Source: Glaucostegus cemiculus (Eukaryota). From it: 64,000 nt of DNA. Position numbers and translations under genes: made by a program. The stretch covers positions 6,634,001 through 6,698,000 of the forward strand of contig CDPCPM010000078.1 in assembly GCA_976551045.1 (NCBI GenBank). Reading direction: 5' to 3'. Below the pieces are notes generated by a model. It was given only the letters and a program-made list of their open reading frames with translations. It was not told the origin of the DNA and made no database searches. Shown here in pieces: positions 49,421 to 63,000 of the stretch; position 1 is the first letter of the stretch; the number at the start of each line of letters is the position of its first letter.

Positions 49421-51974
49421 CTTACTTTTGACCTTCTGTAACTGCACCACACTATACACAAATATAAATGCTGTTACAAAATACCCATAACAAATTCCAA
49501 AAGTCTCAATGACTTGAGTAATCAAATTGAGTTGTTGACGACATGATTTGGTTGCTATGAGAAATTCAAATTTTGAAACTGTGCTGGGATCAAACATCAC
49601 GTAATGATAACACAAGTTAGACAAACAGTGTTGAACTCTGATGGCAGGTCATCAGTCTGAAAAGTTAACTGTTTCTCTCTCCACAAATTCTGTTTTTATT
49701 TCTATGCAGTATAGGTTTCTGTGGGTGTGCGCTCCATAAAATGAGGTTTAGCTCATATTTTATTTAATTTAACCTTTTATTCCAGGATAGATTCAAACCC
49801 AGGTCACAGAGATGAGCGATTTGCTGTTTTCCAAAGAGTTGAATTTCTTTCCCATTTAAAAATCAACTATTTCATAATCTAAATCAAATTAAATGAGTAA
49901 ACTGATGAACCACTTGTCTGCTTATTGTGCAAGCAGAAAATCATTGTGAACTCTTTTCAGGTTTTGTGAATCAAAAAATGTAATAATAACTGCAATCTTT
50001 AAAGGAAAACTTTTCTGTGTTAACAGTAGCTATTGATTACACTACAAGATAAACCTAAGTGTACAAGTGTCCTCTGAATTTGAAGAATCTGTGAATCTTA
50101 AAGGAGTACATAAGTTTAAATCCAGCCTGCCATTTATATTTTATGGTAAGATGGGGACTGACAGGTAAAAATCTCTTCTCAGGTCTCTGCCACTGAACTG
50201 CACAAAATAGAGGCTCAATTGCCTGCCAATAGTTATTCCAATATCCATGGAGTTCCTCCATACACGTGTCAATTAGGGTTCAGAACACGCTCAAAGTAGA
50301 TATATTTTGTTGCAGGATTACAGTCCACTTATCACATGCAAATAAAAATCTAAAAAAATGCAATGCACTGATTTCTGTGTCGACGAAGAATGCCAATAAA
50401 ACAAGACAGTGCAGCCAGCTTTTCATATTTGGAACTCCTGCTTTGTCTTTAGGAAAAAATGGAATACTACCTGTCAAATAAATAAATGTACTTTTTTTAA
50501 AGAAACACTTTTCCAAAAAATTATAACAGCAACAATATCTGTTATAGATGCATACAACAAAAGATAAAGTATTTTTATTACTACTACTCCCAATCTAACA
50601 AACCACAAAGGATTTAGTAGTTAAAGTTCAAATTTCAAGAGGCTTGAAAAGGGCATCCAGGACTCCTTAAACAAATACTGCACATGGTATAGCTGAAGGG
50701 ACACTCCTCCAATTTCCTTTAGTGCTGTTTGGAAAATTGACCACTTCGAGAAGTAATTGTCTACATCAATTCTTTGTTCTTTACCTTAGTCCAAAAATGT
50801 AAACTTGTAATCATATCAGTGTTTACTGAAACTCAAAAGGAACCAGCTTTCACTGAGGTGGCTGTGTGGTGTGGATCACAAGTTTATCTTGCCAGAATTA
50901 TGAAGGCACTCTCCTGCATATTTACTCTCCTGCAATTTGGTTCCATTTACTACATTATTTATGGTCAAACAATGCAACTATCTGGGGTAGGAAGAATTAC
51001 CTTTTACATAGTGACATAGCCAATCCTACACAACAGTCCTTTGCCCAATGTTAATGCATTAGATTCACTGTAGCAACTTTGATCAGTTGTTTGACACGAG
51101 GCAAAAAAAAGCTATAAATCTTACTGATATCCATATAGTGACTCTTCTTCTGCCATACCGTCACCACTCACTACACAAGTCACCAGTATACTTACCTCAT
51201 CATACGTAAGGTAGTAAACACTTCAGGGCTTCTGGGACTAGTATAGGTAAATACAATGGCTGGCATGGACATGGTGGACCAAAGGTCCGGTTTCTGTGCT
51301 GCACAACTACATAACTTTAAAATTTAAAAGGTCACGTGGTAGGTCTTTGGAAGGAGAGGATACCAAAGTTTACCCAGAATTTAGTTTTAAACATTGGAAA
51401 CTAAATAAGCACAGACAACACAGATGGGCATGGCAAGGGAAAGGAATGTGTCATCTGATGAGATGCTAGACGAACGATAAGCAAAGAATGAAAAAAAAAT
51501 TTCTTAAGTATATATTACATGAAACTCTTGGGTAACTGGTAGTTACAACAAGTGGTCATCTGTTTGATGATGTGCCACTGAAAGTCTGAGGAATGTCATG
51601 TTTGGTATCATAAATGATCTTCTCCACCAGATGGCAATGCACCATATCACACAACTTCAAGTCTATCTGACTAGCAAAACTACTTCAATAGCAATGTCCA
51701 AGATTAGCATAAAAACCTCCTTTACATCTCCAATACATTTATCATAATCACCAGTCCCGCTTACCAAGATGAAAAAAACTTCAAGTAACTTTTGTTAGAT
51801 TAAATTCCTTCATGGTCAATTTTGCACAGTCACTCATAGTCAAGTATAGTCAGTCCATTTGTGGACTTCATCTATCTGAACAACAAAACTATCCCATCTT
51901 CACTTCGCTGGCATGTCCCCTTGCTGGTTACTGATTTCATTTATCTGGACATGGTGACTTGCCTTGGTTGCCAC

Positions 51975-52382
51975 CGTTACAATGGAGAAGCGGAGGTTGA
52001 TCTCACTGGAGTCCAGAAAGTTGAGAGGAGACTTGGTGTATAAGATTGTAACTCATTTACAAAAGAGTGAATTGAGGAAACTTACTCCCATCGAATGGTT
52101 CAAAAAACAAGAGGGTGCAGATTTAAAATTATGGGGAAAAAAGATACAAGGGCACTTGCAAGGATTAAAAACAGTAGTTTTTCCCCACTGGAATACACTA
52201 TCTACATGAGTGATGGAAACAGGAATTATTGTCTTTAAAAGGGAATTACATTGACAATCAAAAGAGAATAGCTTGCAGAGTTAAGAATGAGCATGGGAAG
52301 GGAACAGACAAGATTTTTCAACTGAGAACCTATACAAAACCAATGGGCTGAGTAGCCTCCATAGATATAACAATTCTATTAT
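51975..52382 (+). mobile_element. Degenerate CR1 3' fragment
   Basis: LISLESRKLRGDLVYKIV ... WNTLS; tail caatgggctgagtagcctcc. Confidence 0.7.
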
Positions 52383-53307
52383 ATTACTTGTCCTCCAATT
52401 TCTTCACTACAACCTTGAGCACCAATCTGAAGTATTCGATATGCTGCCTGGGTTGTGAGGAGACTTATAGTTTTCAGATCAAATCATGCTGATGAAACCT
52501 TGTTGTACAAAATTACAAGTTTCAATCAGTGTGTTGAAAGGTATTTGCAAGTGTCAAAAGGCTTTGGAAACAAGATAAATGAATGACAAGACAGATACAA
52601 AAGGGACAAATGATTTAGTCCTCTTCCTGAGCCCAATGATAAATGCCATGAAAGAAAACCATCAAATAAAATTTAAGTGAATCTGACTTCATTCAGAACT
52701 GCAATAATTCATTCCAGTATTCCATGAAGAAAGTACACCTTTTATCCACTATTTCACCACCTCTTCTTCACTTCATCCACCCATTATTTTTTCTTCCTTT
52801 CAATGCACAGAGACACTCTTCCCTCCATCACCTGCTTCAAAGCATCATTCTTCACCAATGCACTCAACTCCTATTGCTTTGTTCAAGAATTCAAATCAGC
52901 CACAAGTCTGGGTCACAAATTCCTAATTTCACAAAACCCATTAAGACAAGCAATTTAGGTTCACAGCAGAAAGTGAGGTTGAATCCTTGAGAAGGCAAAG
53001 GAAGACGTCGCAAAAAAGCATAGACATATCATCCATTTTTAATTGTGCAGATGCAGTTTGAGAAGAGGCTCACCACCATCTTTGAGTGCAATTAGGGATG
53101 GCAATAAATGCTACCCATACCAGGATGCCTACATACAGAGAAACACAAAATACATCTACAACCCTGTGTAAAACTGCATAAACCAATAAAGTAAATATCA
53201 GAAGTAACCAGACTTAAAAAACTGATTACTTTTGACTTTTGCTTTATTGCCTACTACTCAACCACTATCCCAGCATGTACCTCCCCCAAACACTATTGCT
53301 CACTTTG

Positions 53308-53469
53308 GAAAACAAACAAAACTGCAGATGCTGGTATCTGAAATATAAACAGAAATGCTGGAAGAATTCAGCCAGTCAAGCAGCATCTGTGGAAAGAGAA
53401 AGGCTAACAAATTTTTCTTTCAACAGATACTGCTTGACTAGCTGAGTTCTTCCAGCATTTCTGTTTTTC
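53308..53469 (+). mobile_element. Penelope-derived hairpin element, copy 2, with perfect 12-bp TSD
   Basis: Inverted arms about 53347-53391 and 53422-53466; ttgctcactttg on both flanks (53296-53307, 53470-53481). Confidence 0.8.
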
Positions 53470-53529
53470 TTGCTCACTTTGCTACTGGATGTTATGTGAT
53501 ATGTTTTGCACAGATGCAGTCTGGGCATT

Positions 53530-54368
53530 TTGGCTCAAAGGTGCATCTGGAGACTACAATTGTCATGATGTAAAGTGCACAGTATTTGTGCAATGTAGCC
53601 AGAAACTCCCAGCCACAAAGGTTAAGTGTCCATCTTTGACACACAATTGGACCTCTGCATGGAGTACATTCTGCTGGTTAAAACCTAATCATTTATTTAC
53701 GGGATTATCATAATTTATTTCATGTGCGAGTGATTTTACTACAGCCTTTACATGGACTGAAATAAGAAAACAGTTAAAAACAAAAGAAAATGAATAAAAT
53801 TACTTGAATGATTCACTTGGTGAGCATTGCAATACTCTATCTAGGTAATGAAGGATTTCTACACTCCATGGGCATGATTGGTCAAACCCTAGTTAGCTAA
53901 TTAGGTACTTGATTTGCAACATAAATTGCTGTAGGAGCCAAACAATATTTGGTCCTCAAGACTCAGGAGAAGAAGAAATTCATTCTGGCCTATTTTCAGC
54001 CTCAAATATTTATAGCTTTGGCTCAAAGCAATGAAAAAACACTAGTTCACTCAAAATTGGACCTTGCTAACATATCCCCAATGAGCCATGGATGCCAATG
54101 GATGACCAGAATTCACTCAGTATTCCACATTGAAGAAGTTCGGTCAGCATCTCCACTTGTGCCAGCCCATTGATAAGTCCGGGGGAAGAAAGGACAATGG
54201 TCCTTGAAATCCTGGTTGCTTTGGCACCATTTCTAAATTAAAGCCTTGATGCTACAACTAAATTTAGAGTAGTACAGTTTTAGGAAGGGGGCCTAAGGCA
54301 GGTATTAGGTCCACTAACCCCACGTGCAAAGGGACAAGTACATTTCTCCAGATGCATCTTTGAGCCAA
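53530..54368. repeat. Pair of 24-bp inverted repeats about 840 bp apart (possible TIRs of a non-autonomous DNA transposon)
   Basis: ttggctcaaaggtgcatctggaga (53530-53553) vs tctccagatgcatctttgagccaa (54345-54368), one mismatch. Confidence 0.6.
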
Positions 54369-54414
54369 GGTGCACAGAGCAATGCAACACTTTCTTCCAT
54401 TCAGTTGTTTCTCT

Positions 54415-55566
54415 GATTGTGGGCATCACTGCCAATCCCACTGTTTATTGCCATCCCTAATTGCTCCTAAGAAGATGGTATTGAGCCCCTTCTCGAACCA
54501 TACCTGCAGTTAAAAATGGGCAATATGCCTGCCAACATGAAAACTTGTTTATTCTTTATTGTAACTCCCTTCTCTTACTGATTCAGCTCTCTGCTGTGAG
54601 CCTAATTTGCCAATATTCAGCACTTCAGACAAGGAATACGAGCACCCATACCATTTATGGTATCAAAGTCTGCTTCGTGCCTGTAAAAGGGTGTGGGTGT
54701 CAATGAATTTCTATGCTACAATGGTTTGGAGGCACAAGGTCTCATACCACAGGGTCCACATGCTCCTGTGCAATTCTTTGAAAGGTAAGAAATAATGAGC
54801 TTGAAGTACAGGGAGGATGCTCATGGCTTTATGTCAAAACAGAAAATGATGGAACCCCAAAATAATGACAGGAAGCAGAGTTGTGTCATTTATGATTAGA
54901 GGACTGTAAAATCTGCATTGTATGTCAGAGCCAAGACATTTAATTACATGGATAGTCAACTGAGAGGATGACAGTTGTGATCTTCGTTTTGTTTTTTTTT
55001 TGAGGGGATCTCTTTTCAGTTATAATTACAGACAGCTTCTGGCAAGAAAATAGATCCATTTCATCATGTTTTGCCCATATTGACTTCACAAAGCAAGACC
55101 ACTAAAATTGAACCATGCATCTATGACACATGTATTTCCTTCTGACAACATGACAGTCTTCACTGAGGGCCAGTGTTATCTGTGGTAGGCAGCATTCACC
55201 ACAATGAAGAGGACACAGTCATATAACTACAATGATATTGAGCAATGTGTGCTAGGATTTGTGTTTAGAAGTGCTTGAGTAGTACGAAATAAATTAAATT
55301 AAAAGTAGTCAGTTTTTAAAAAAAAAAAATCACTTTTTTTTTGCAGTTTTAAACAGGATTACACTTATTTTGTTGGTTCACTGGGTGTAGAATCATTGCT
55401 AATCTAAGGATTCATTGCCATCTCCAGATGCTCTTGGGAAGGCGATGCTGAGCCCCTTCTCAAACCACGTCTGCACTACAAAAATGGACACTTATCTGCC
55501 TATATGGAAATCTGCTTGCCTCTATTGCAAGCCCCTTCTCTTCATGCTCAAGACTTCTGCCGTGAG
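54415..55566 (+). repeat. Diverged direct repeat, about 185-bp units at ~54415-54600 and ~55383-55566
   Basis: Colinear anchors: ttgccat, tgagccccttctc.aacca, aaaaatgg, cccttctctt, ctgc.gtgag. Confidence 0.7.
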
Positions 55567-58500
55567 ATCACAAAATTTAAATTTGTAATGTGTTTGTTTT
55601 TCTTTAAGTGAATTATTTTCTTATACAAGATGAGCTCAAATGGGACAAGCTTAGATGGGAATCTTGGTCAACATGGACCAGTTGTGCTGAAGGGCCTGAT
55701 TTCATGCTCTATATCTCTAAATCATTGGAGGTTTCAGAACCTACAAAGATAAGATAATGGTGCTTTCTTTGGCAGCCAGTGTATTGTTAAAGTTAAAAAC
55801 ATACTGTTTATTATACTGCGATGAAGTACCATTTCTGTACATTACAGTTGGTCTGCTTTTTTTTTGGAAAAAGTTGGTTTCAAAAACTGCTGGATTAAGG
55901 AGGTTGATGATAACTAATTCTCACGGGTGGACATTTTTGCTACAGACAGTAAACAGATGCTCAAAAACCAGACAGAAGCAATCTAGATTTCATGTTCAGC
56001 ACAGTCACACTAGCTAAATTTTCAAGTTCTAATGTAGGCTGCTTCACTGGATAAAGCATTTTTTAAAGAAAAAATTAATTTTATTCTTTATGAAACTATT
56101 AACAAATCAGTAAACTTTTCTTCATTTCTTCAGCCAGAACATGGGCTAAAGTTACTGCCACCAAAAAGATCTGCATTTGTATTGCATCTTTCAAGACATT
56201 GGGGACAGTCCAAAATATTTAAGAGTCAAAGTAATTTTAAAGTACAGTCACCATTGTAGGGATCTGTTTAGCCAGAAACCTCTCCTAGAAATGACTATCC
56301 ATAGACCCCAACTGAAAAAGTTGGTTGTATCAACAAGAACTCAAGTGGTCTTTTTGGCAAGACAATAGCCATATTTGGCAAAAGGTAGGGAAGGAGAGGA
56401 TATTAAAGACCAATAGCATGCAAACAGATTCTTCCTTGGTGATAGTGGCTAGCACCCCAACTCAACAGATTATGCAATTTAGATAATCTGTGCTCCTAAT
56501 TAACAACATGTGTACATGATAGTGCACTTCATTTTTCACAAAAGGTTAGCCAAGTTCCTCCATCTGAAAATGTACAGAAACTTTTATTGCATATAACTGC
56601 AAATCTGTGTTGTTAATGATGTTTCATATGGACAAGATTTTGTATGCATAATATTGTTCACAGAAACCAGCAGTACGTGTTGTAATACTACGACAAATTT
56701 CAAATATGGAAGTGATGCTGAGGATTCTAACATTACGAGAAGTACAGATAATTTGTTTATGAAACCACAGACCTCAAAAAAGTGCTCCCCAAGCCATCAA
56801 TTTAGCTGTACATTTTGCTGTTAAAACAGTATCTTGGACAGAATTATTTCAAAATTCAGGGAGAATGTTATCCAGTTATTCTCCTGCACTTATTAATTGT
56901 GCAAACTTGACTATTTTCATGGCTGACTCAAAATAGAGGACATTTGTACTTCATGTCCTAGTCGCAGCAGCCTGAATATAAGATGCACTGATTTACCTCA
57001 CATTCCTCAGCTTGCATCTTCTTTCATTGATAGGTTCCCAAATGAGAGTCAGCTTGATTAACAGGAACAGCCTTCAGTTTGGTGGAAGAGCTCCCAAGCA
57101 GGCAGATTTGATCCACAACCAAGGAAGGCCAGGGCACCCTATCCCAGGGTCTTCTAATAGGGTGGGGGGGGGGAAAGCACTGTGGTCAGATAGCATGGAT
57201 GAAGAGCTTGAGAGGATAAAAAAGTACTTCAGCATTTCTTGGCCCATGCATCTGCTGATTTTTATGAAGCTTGCAAAGCAAGTTACATTGGAGCCTACCA
57301 GCATAATAAAAATAGTCAAATTGCCACCCTGCCTCTGGCATAGTATTGGAAAAATGTATTACAGCGATGTTGGTTGTTTTGCACTCATTTTAAAGCAGGT
57401 TAGTGTAACTAGATAATTCAACGTCAACTTTCATTGTGATTCACAAAAGTACATAGGATAAGTTTTAACCTATGACATGACTTTATTTGGTTAGCGTGGC
57501 TTCATTCTCCATTCCACGACAACCTAACACCAAAATAAGCTCGGTAGTACTCCCACACTACAAATGACTCACTGGTAAAAAAAAAATCACTCCCCTAAGC
57601 TTTCTCAAAACTAGTGACACTAGAAGTGACACATGAGCACCCTCTCTCCCATGTGGTTACATCTGTCTCTCAAGTGGCAGGATGAAGAGCATACACCTGT
57701 CCATCAAGAAGAACAGAGGTTGCCAGGGGTATGAAAGGTTGGACGACAAACACTAATCTGCCTTACTCAGGCATTCTATTCAGTTTTTCATGAAGTCTTT
57801 CCATTCAGCCCACTGAAGGTTTACCTTGCTGGATTGCAGTTAAGTGCAGCTTTCTGACAGCTTCTAAGTGAAGCCTCCTGACACTGAGCTTACACAAGTG
57901 GAGCAACTTTTCTGTTGGCTTGGTGCCCATTCTGGCAGAAAGTTGAATTCTGCTCTATTGAAGCAATAAAAGGTTTAATAAAAGTCCTATAATATGGCAA
58001 AAAATAAACACCCATTAAGAACTAAATCTTTACAGAAAGGTGTTTTTGTCTTATACATACAGGCACAATTAGCCTTTTTTCAACTTCTTAGGAATTGTTC
58101 TTGATGTAATAATCTTGGCCGATTGAAAGTTTATTCTGGATATTGTTATCTATAATATTGTGAGAGCACTTAAGTGTTCTTATCAAAATCATTAGCATTA
58201 ACCCAGTTACTGTATTGTGCATAGTTTATCAAAGAGCTCAAACTTCAACAGTGCCATGACTTAAAATAAACAAGTGATTATGAAAAAAGGACCAAATTAT
58301 TAAAATTGTAATGAAGTATTTCAAATATTTAGTGCACCTCTCTGTTGGGAAACATATCTGACCTAGACGGCATCTGCAGGCAAAGGAAATTAAAACAATG
58401 ACACATCTTACTCACTGCATTGCAATGTTATGTTATTTCCCTTTTAGACTTGTGTACAGCACCCATTGAAGAGGGATTCTATATAATCCTAATAAATTTC

Positions 58501-58767
58501 AGTTTTACTTTTCAAGATTTTTGTCCAGTTTGTATTGAAGCACCAAATTACAGTTCAGAGGCCATTGCACTGCAGTACACAGTGAATGATCAACACAATT
58601 CCAACTCACTTGAACAAAATGCTGTGTCTTTGCTATCAATAGGCAGGGGCCAGGAAATTACTCATGCCAGGAAAGACATATTGAAGTGGCATCATGCATG
58701 GAGTACCTCAGCCAGTTTTGTGCAAGAATCCTGGCAAACAGATTCTACTCTGCACAAGGCCCAAGGG

Positions 58768-60010
58768 TAGAGTCATACCATTGTACAGCATGGAAAGAGG
58801 CGTGAAAAATTTACCCCTCAAATTACCTTTAACCCTCCTCCCTCTCACTTTAAACTTATGCCTCTCATGATTTTACATACCTCTGGTATTTTCACTTTGT
58901 TCCAGGGAAAACAGACTTGGCCCATCCAATCTTTCCTGATAACTTAAGCCCTCCAACCCACTAATCCAGGTAACTTGGTAACACCTTTGTGAATCTTTTC
59001 AGCACCTTCTCAAGATTGACCATGTCTTTCAGAGTGTGGTGACCAGAACTGCACAAAATACTCCAAGTGCAGGCTAACCAACATTTTGTACAATTGTAAC
59101 ACGATGTCCCGACTCCCATACTCAATGCCTCGAATGATAAAGGCAAGCATGCCATTTGCCTTCCTTGCCATCTTGTCCACCTGCGCTCCCATTCTCAGGG
59201 AATTGTTCTTCTACCCTAAAATCTCTGTTCTCCAACACTCTTCAGGGCTCCACTATTCACTATGTTCTGCCCTGGTTTAAACATCCCAAAATGCATCACT
59301 TCACACTTGGAGTTAAGTTCCATCTTCCATTTCCTTGCTCACTTTCCCAGTTGATCTATATCCTGTGGTAACCTTAGACAACCTTCTTCACTATCCAATT
59401 TTGGTGTCATCTGCAAACTTACTAATCATGCCACCTACATTCTCATCCAAATCATTAATATATATGACAAACAATAGAGGACCCAGCAGCAATCCTTGTA
59501 GCACAGTGGTCATAGGCCTCTAAACTGAAAATCAACTCTCCACAACCAACCTGTGACTCCTATCACCAAGCCAATTTTGCATTCAATTTTCTAACTCAGC
59601 CTGGATCCCATGCATTCCAATTTTCTAGACCAGCCTACCACGTGGGACCTTGTCAAAGGCCTTGCTAAAGTCAATATAAACGATATCTACCATTTTGCCC
59701 TCATCGATCCTCTCAGTCACCTCTTCAAAAAACTCATTCAAATTCATAAGATACATTTTCCCCCATGCATAAATGACTATTGCTAATTAATCCTTGCCTT
59801 TTCCAAACACAAATAAATCTGGATCCCTTCCAATAACCTTCCTACCACTGATGTTAGGATCACAGGCCTTAAATTCCCTGGCTTATCCCTCTGCTGCCCT
59901 TCTTAAATAAAGGCACCTTAGCCATCCTCCTGTCTCTGATACCCTCCCTGTTGTTAACAAAGACACAAAAATCTCTGTCAAGACCCCGGCAATCTCCTCT
60001 CTTGCTTCCT
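58768..60010 (-). mobile_element. CR1 LINE, about 1.2 kb, RT region to 3' end, with deletions
   Basis: Minus strand LGPLLFVIYINDLDENVGGMISKFADDTKIG (RT), KANGMLAFIIRGIEYGSRDIVLQLYKMLVSLHLEYFVQFWSP. Confidence 0.92.
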
Positions 60011-63000
60011 ATGCACAATCATGTGACCCTATGAGATGATAATTGAGGTGGGGCGAGGGGATAATTAGGGAGATTATGATCGGTAATTCAATGGAAAAAA
60101 TGAGGGCTGCAGAGTCTTGCATACAATTGAGAAATTTAAATGCATCAGGAGCAAATGAGGTTGATGGGGGAGGAAAGAAATGGAAAGGGAAATGGGAGAA
60201 AAAAGACAAGGTACAGTATGCAGAAAAAAAAGAGTAACATATTTGCAACCCAAAAGGTGCTTTGGACTTTGTGACTGGTTACAAGCAAGCTTGGTACCTC
60301 TTACCTAATTCCAAAGCAGGTCTCAACTCTCCACTTGTGGTCTGCTTCTGTACAAGTGATCCAAAGTATTATGTAGCCTTGAATGCTACAAAGACTTTGC
60401 TGCATAGGATGTCTCATCATGTACTCACAACATCAGTCATCACTGAAAGTGCCCGGCATTTAGCGTTTGGGCACTGAACATGAAAAAAGCCAACCATCCT
60501 AAGTGTGCTTCAGCAACATTAAGTAATGCAGCATTACAGGGGAGCTTGCACGTATGGATGGTGGAAAAGGAGAGTTGGCCAGCAGTGTGTTGCAAAGAAG
60601 TTTATTTTGATTCAGTATATTTACAGGTAGGAAACAGCACACTGGTAATAGTGGGTTTGAAAAATTCTAGGTTAATTTTCCTTCCACAAAGTTGAGTTAA
60701 ATGTTGCTGCACCTTCAGTATTTTTTCCAAGGTGGTCATGGTCCCTGACTCAGGGATTCCTCTCTTTTTCAGGAAACAAAACACAACTGTGATCCTGGTT
60801 ATAATGCAGCATTATACTTGTCAGAAAAAATGTTAAGCCTACATTGCAAGTCTGGTCACACAGGCTTTCATAATAAACATTTGAATCCTTACCCACCTAC
60901 AGATTGGTTTCTGTTTAATTCATGGAGTACTTGGGAATGCACTCAGACCTACTCTAGGTTTTTAAAAATGTAATCATACAGATCTTTGAAACTTCACTTA
61001 ATTTGACAAAATGCTTTATATTATCATTGGCTGCAGATGATTAAATAAACTTTAGTCTTTATCATATTAATGAGGGTAAAATGTAGAATAGTTTGTAGTA
61101 ATTCATTCACATGGCAGTATTAAATCAGCACTCTTGTTTCTTTCACTCCCAGTATTTGATGATCCTGGGTAGGGCAATTTATTCTCTCCTTTGCCAAATG
61201 TTATTTCTGTGAATTACACCTTTTCATCTCATTTTAGTGGTTTTACCCCAGTTGTTCCTCCCCTCTTTCTGGGCTCCGACATGCTCCACACAACACCCAG
61301 TTAAGATGCAGCAACCTGGTTCCAGAGCTCAACCCCCATCCATCCCCAAGCTTTGCTGTGGGCCCTCTGAAACTAACTGTTCTCCTAGGTACTGGTGCTG
61401 CTGATCATTGACAAAATACTTTGTAGGGTGAAATGAGCTTGTGATGCTCCTTAAGACCAGTGCCAATCTGTCCAGCTGCAGCAATCTGCAGAACCACATT
61501 TGCAGATCTCACACGTCATCCTTCCTCCCCATTGAGTTGGTGTAGCTAGAGGAAGGCTTTGAATCCACAGTATCTTTAGGCCTCCATCAAACAATAACCA
61601 AAGTGAGCATAACACAAACTTACCATCAAACTATACTGCAGCAAAACACCCTAACCATACTTTCCAACAAATGAATGAGACCCAGTTACACCCCTATCAC
61701 CTGAAAAGTACTCAGATGCATGCAAGCACAAATAATCCTCAGTTCTACACAAGAGCTCAAAATCCAGTAAAAACACAAATGGCTGTGCCTATAAGCAGCA
61801 GCATTGGAAATATTCAAAAAAAAAATTCTCTTCAGTCGGGATGTTGGACCCAGTACTATTGAAAATTCCTAGAAACAGCCAGTACCAAACCTCATAAGCA
61901 GAAAATAATTGGCGTCAACCAATAAATATCATCAGCACAAAACCTACACATCAGATAATAATTGAAATATAATGGTCATCTGGGAGGAGACTGAAATTTA
62001 AAAAATGGTCATTTTTAAAGGGGCAGGAGACAACATGAAGGACTCTGATGGCCATCCAGGTTAGAACTTACCAGGAACCCAACTCTACAATAAATGGCAC
62101 AACATTTTCAAATTTCAGGCAATCAGATCTCCTGTACTGGGATCAGGGCTAGCAACCCTTGCTGAAGTTGTAGAAGTTGAAATCTAGCTCAAAAGGAATC
62201 ACAATCACTAAGAAGAACCTGATCATGTTGTACTATCATCATTAAGTATGTGCCTTCTTCATACAAAGACATCTTTCAGAGTTTACATCTCTCACACAAA
62301 TCTTTTGAATGACCTCAAAACTATTAATCTATCGTAACATTCCACCATGTTACAACCTCCTTGTTGACATTTTTGATAACATTTTGTAATAACTTTATCA
62401 AATAGATCAGCAACTGCAAAGGTAAATGTTTAGTTGTTAATTTAATGTGAGGTTGCTTTTAAATGGTAAACACACAAGTAAAAATAGCTTCCAAATAACA
62501 TTAGCTGAGATACTGAATCCTGCTTCTTTTTATCAGCATAACTGGGACCAATGTAGATTAGTAAGTGACAAAATGACAGTGGTAACATTGCACTGGGTAC
62601 TTGCAGTTGTTTTTCACCTTTGTACCAATCACGCGATTCACATACTACAATGACATCATTGTGTGTGCAACTTTTCATTTGGAAGTCTGTGCAACAATTG
62701 AACTCCATCAATCCGGGAGCAACCGTTAATCGACATTCAACTGTCACTCGATAAACAACCATGTTTTATTAACACTTCAGTACAGCAGACTCCTATACAT
62801 GGCAAGCTCCACAATCAACCCTTGCTTCAAGGCCTGACCATGCATGAAACCAACCACCTCCCTAGACTTTTGACCAGTAACCTCTGATCAACCACCTATC
62901 CACCCCCAGTGTACCGTTTCCAGACCGAGGCTGGGATAATCCAACCTGACAATGCCCATTCACCACCCCCTTCAGCACTTGACCACTAGGAAATCCTGCC

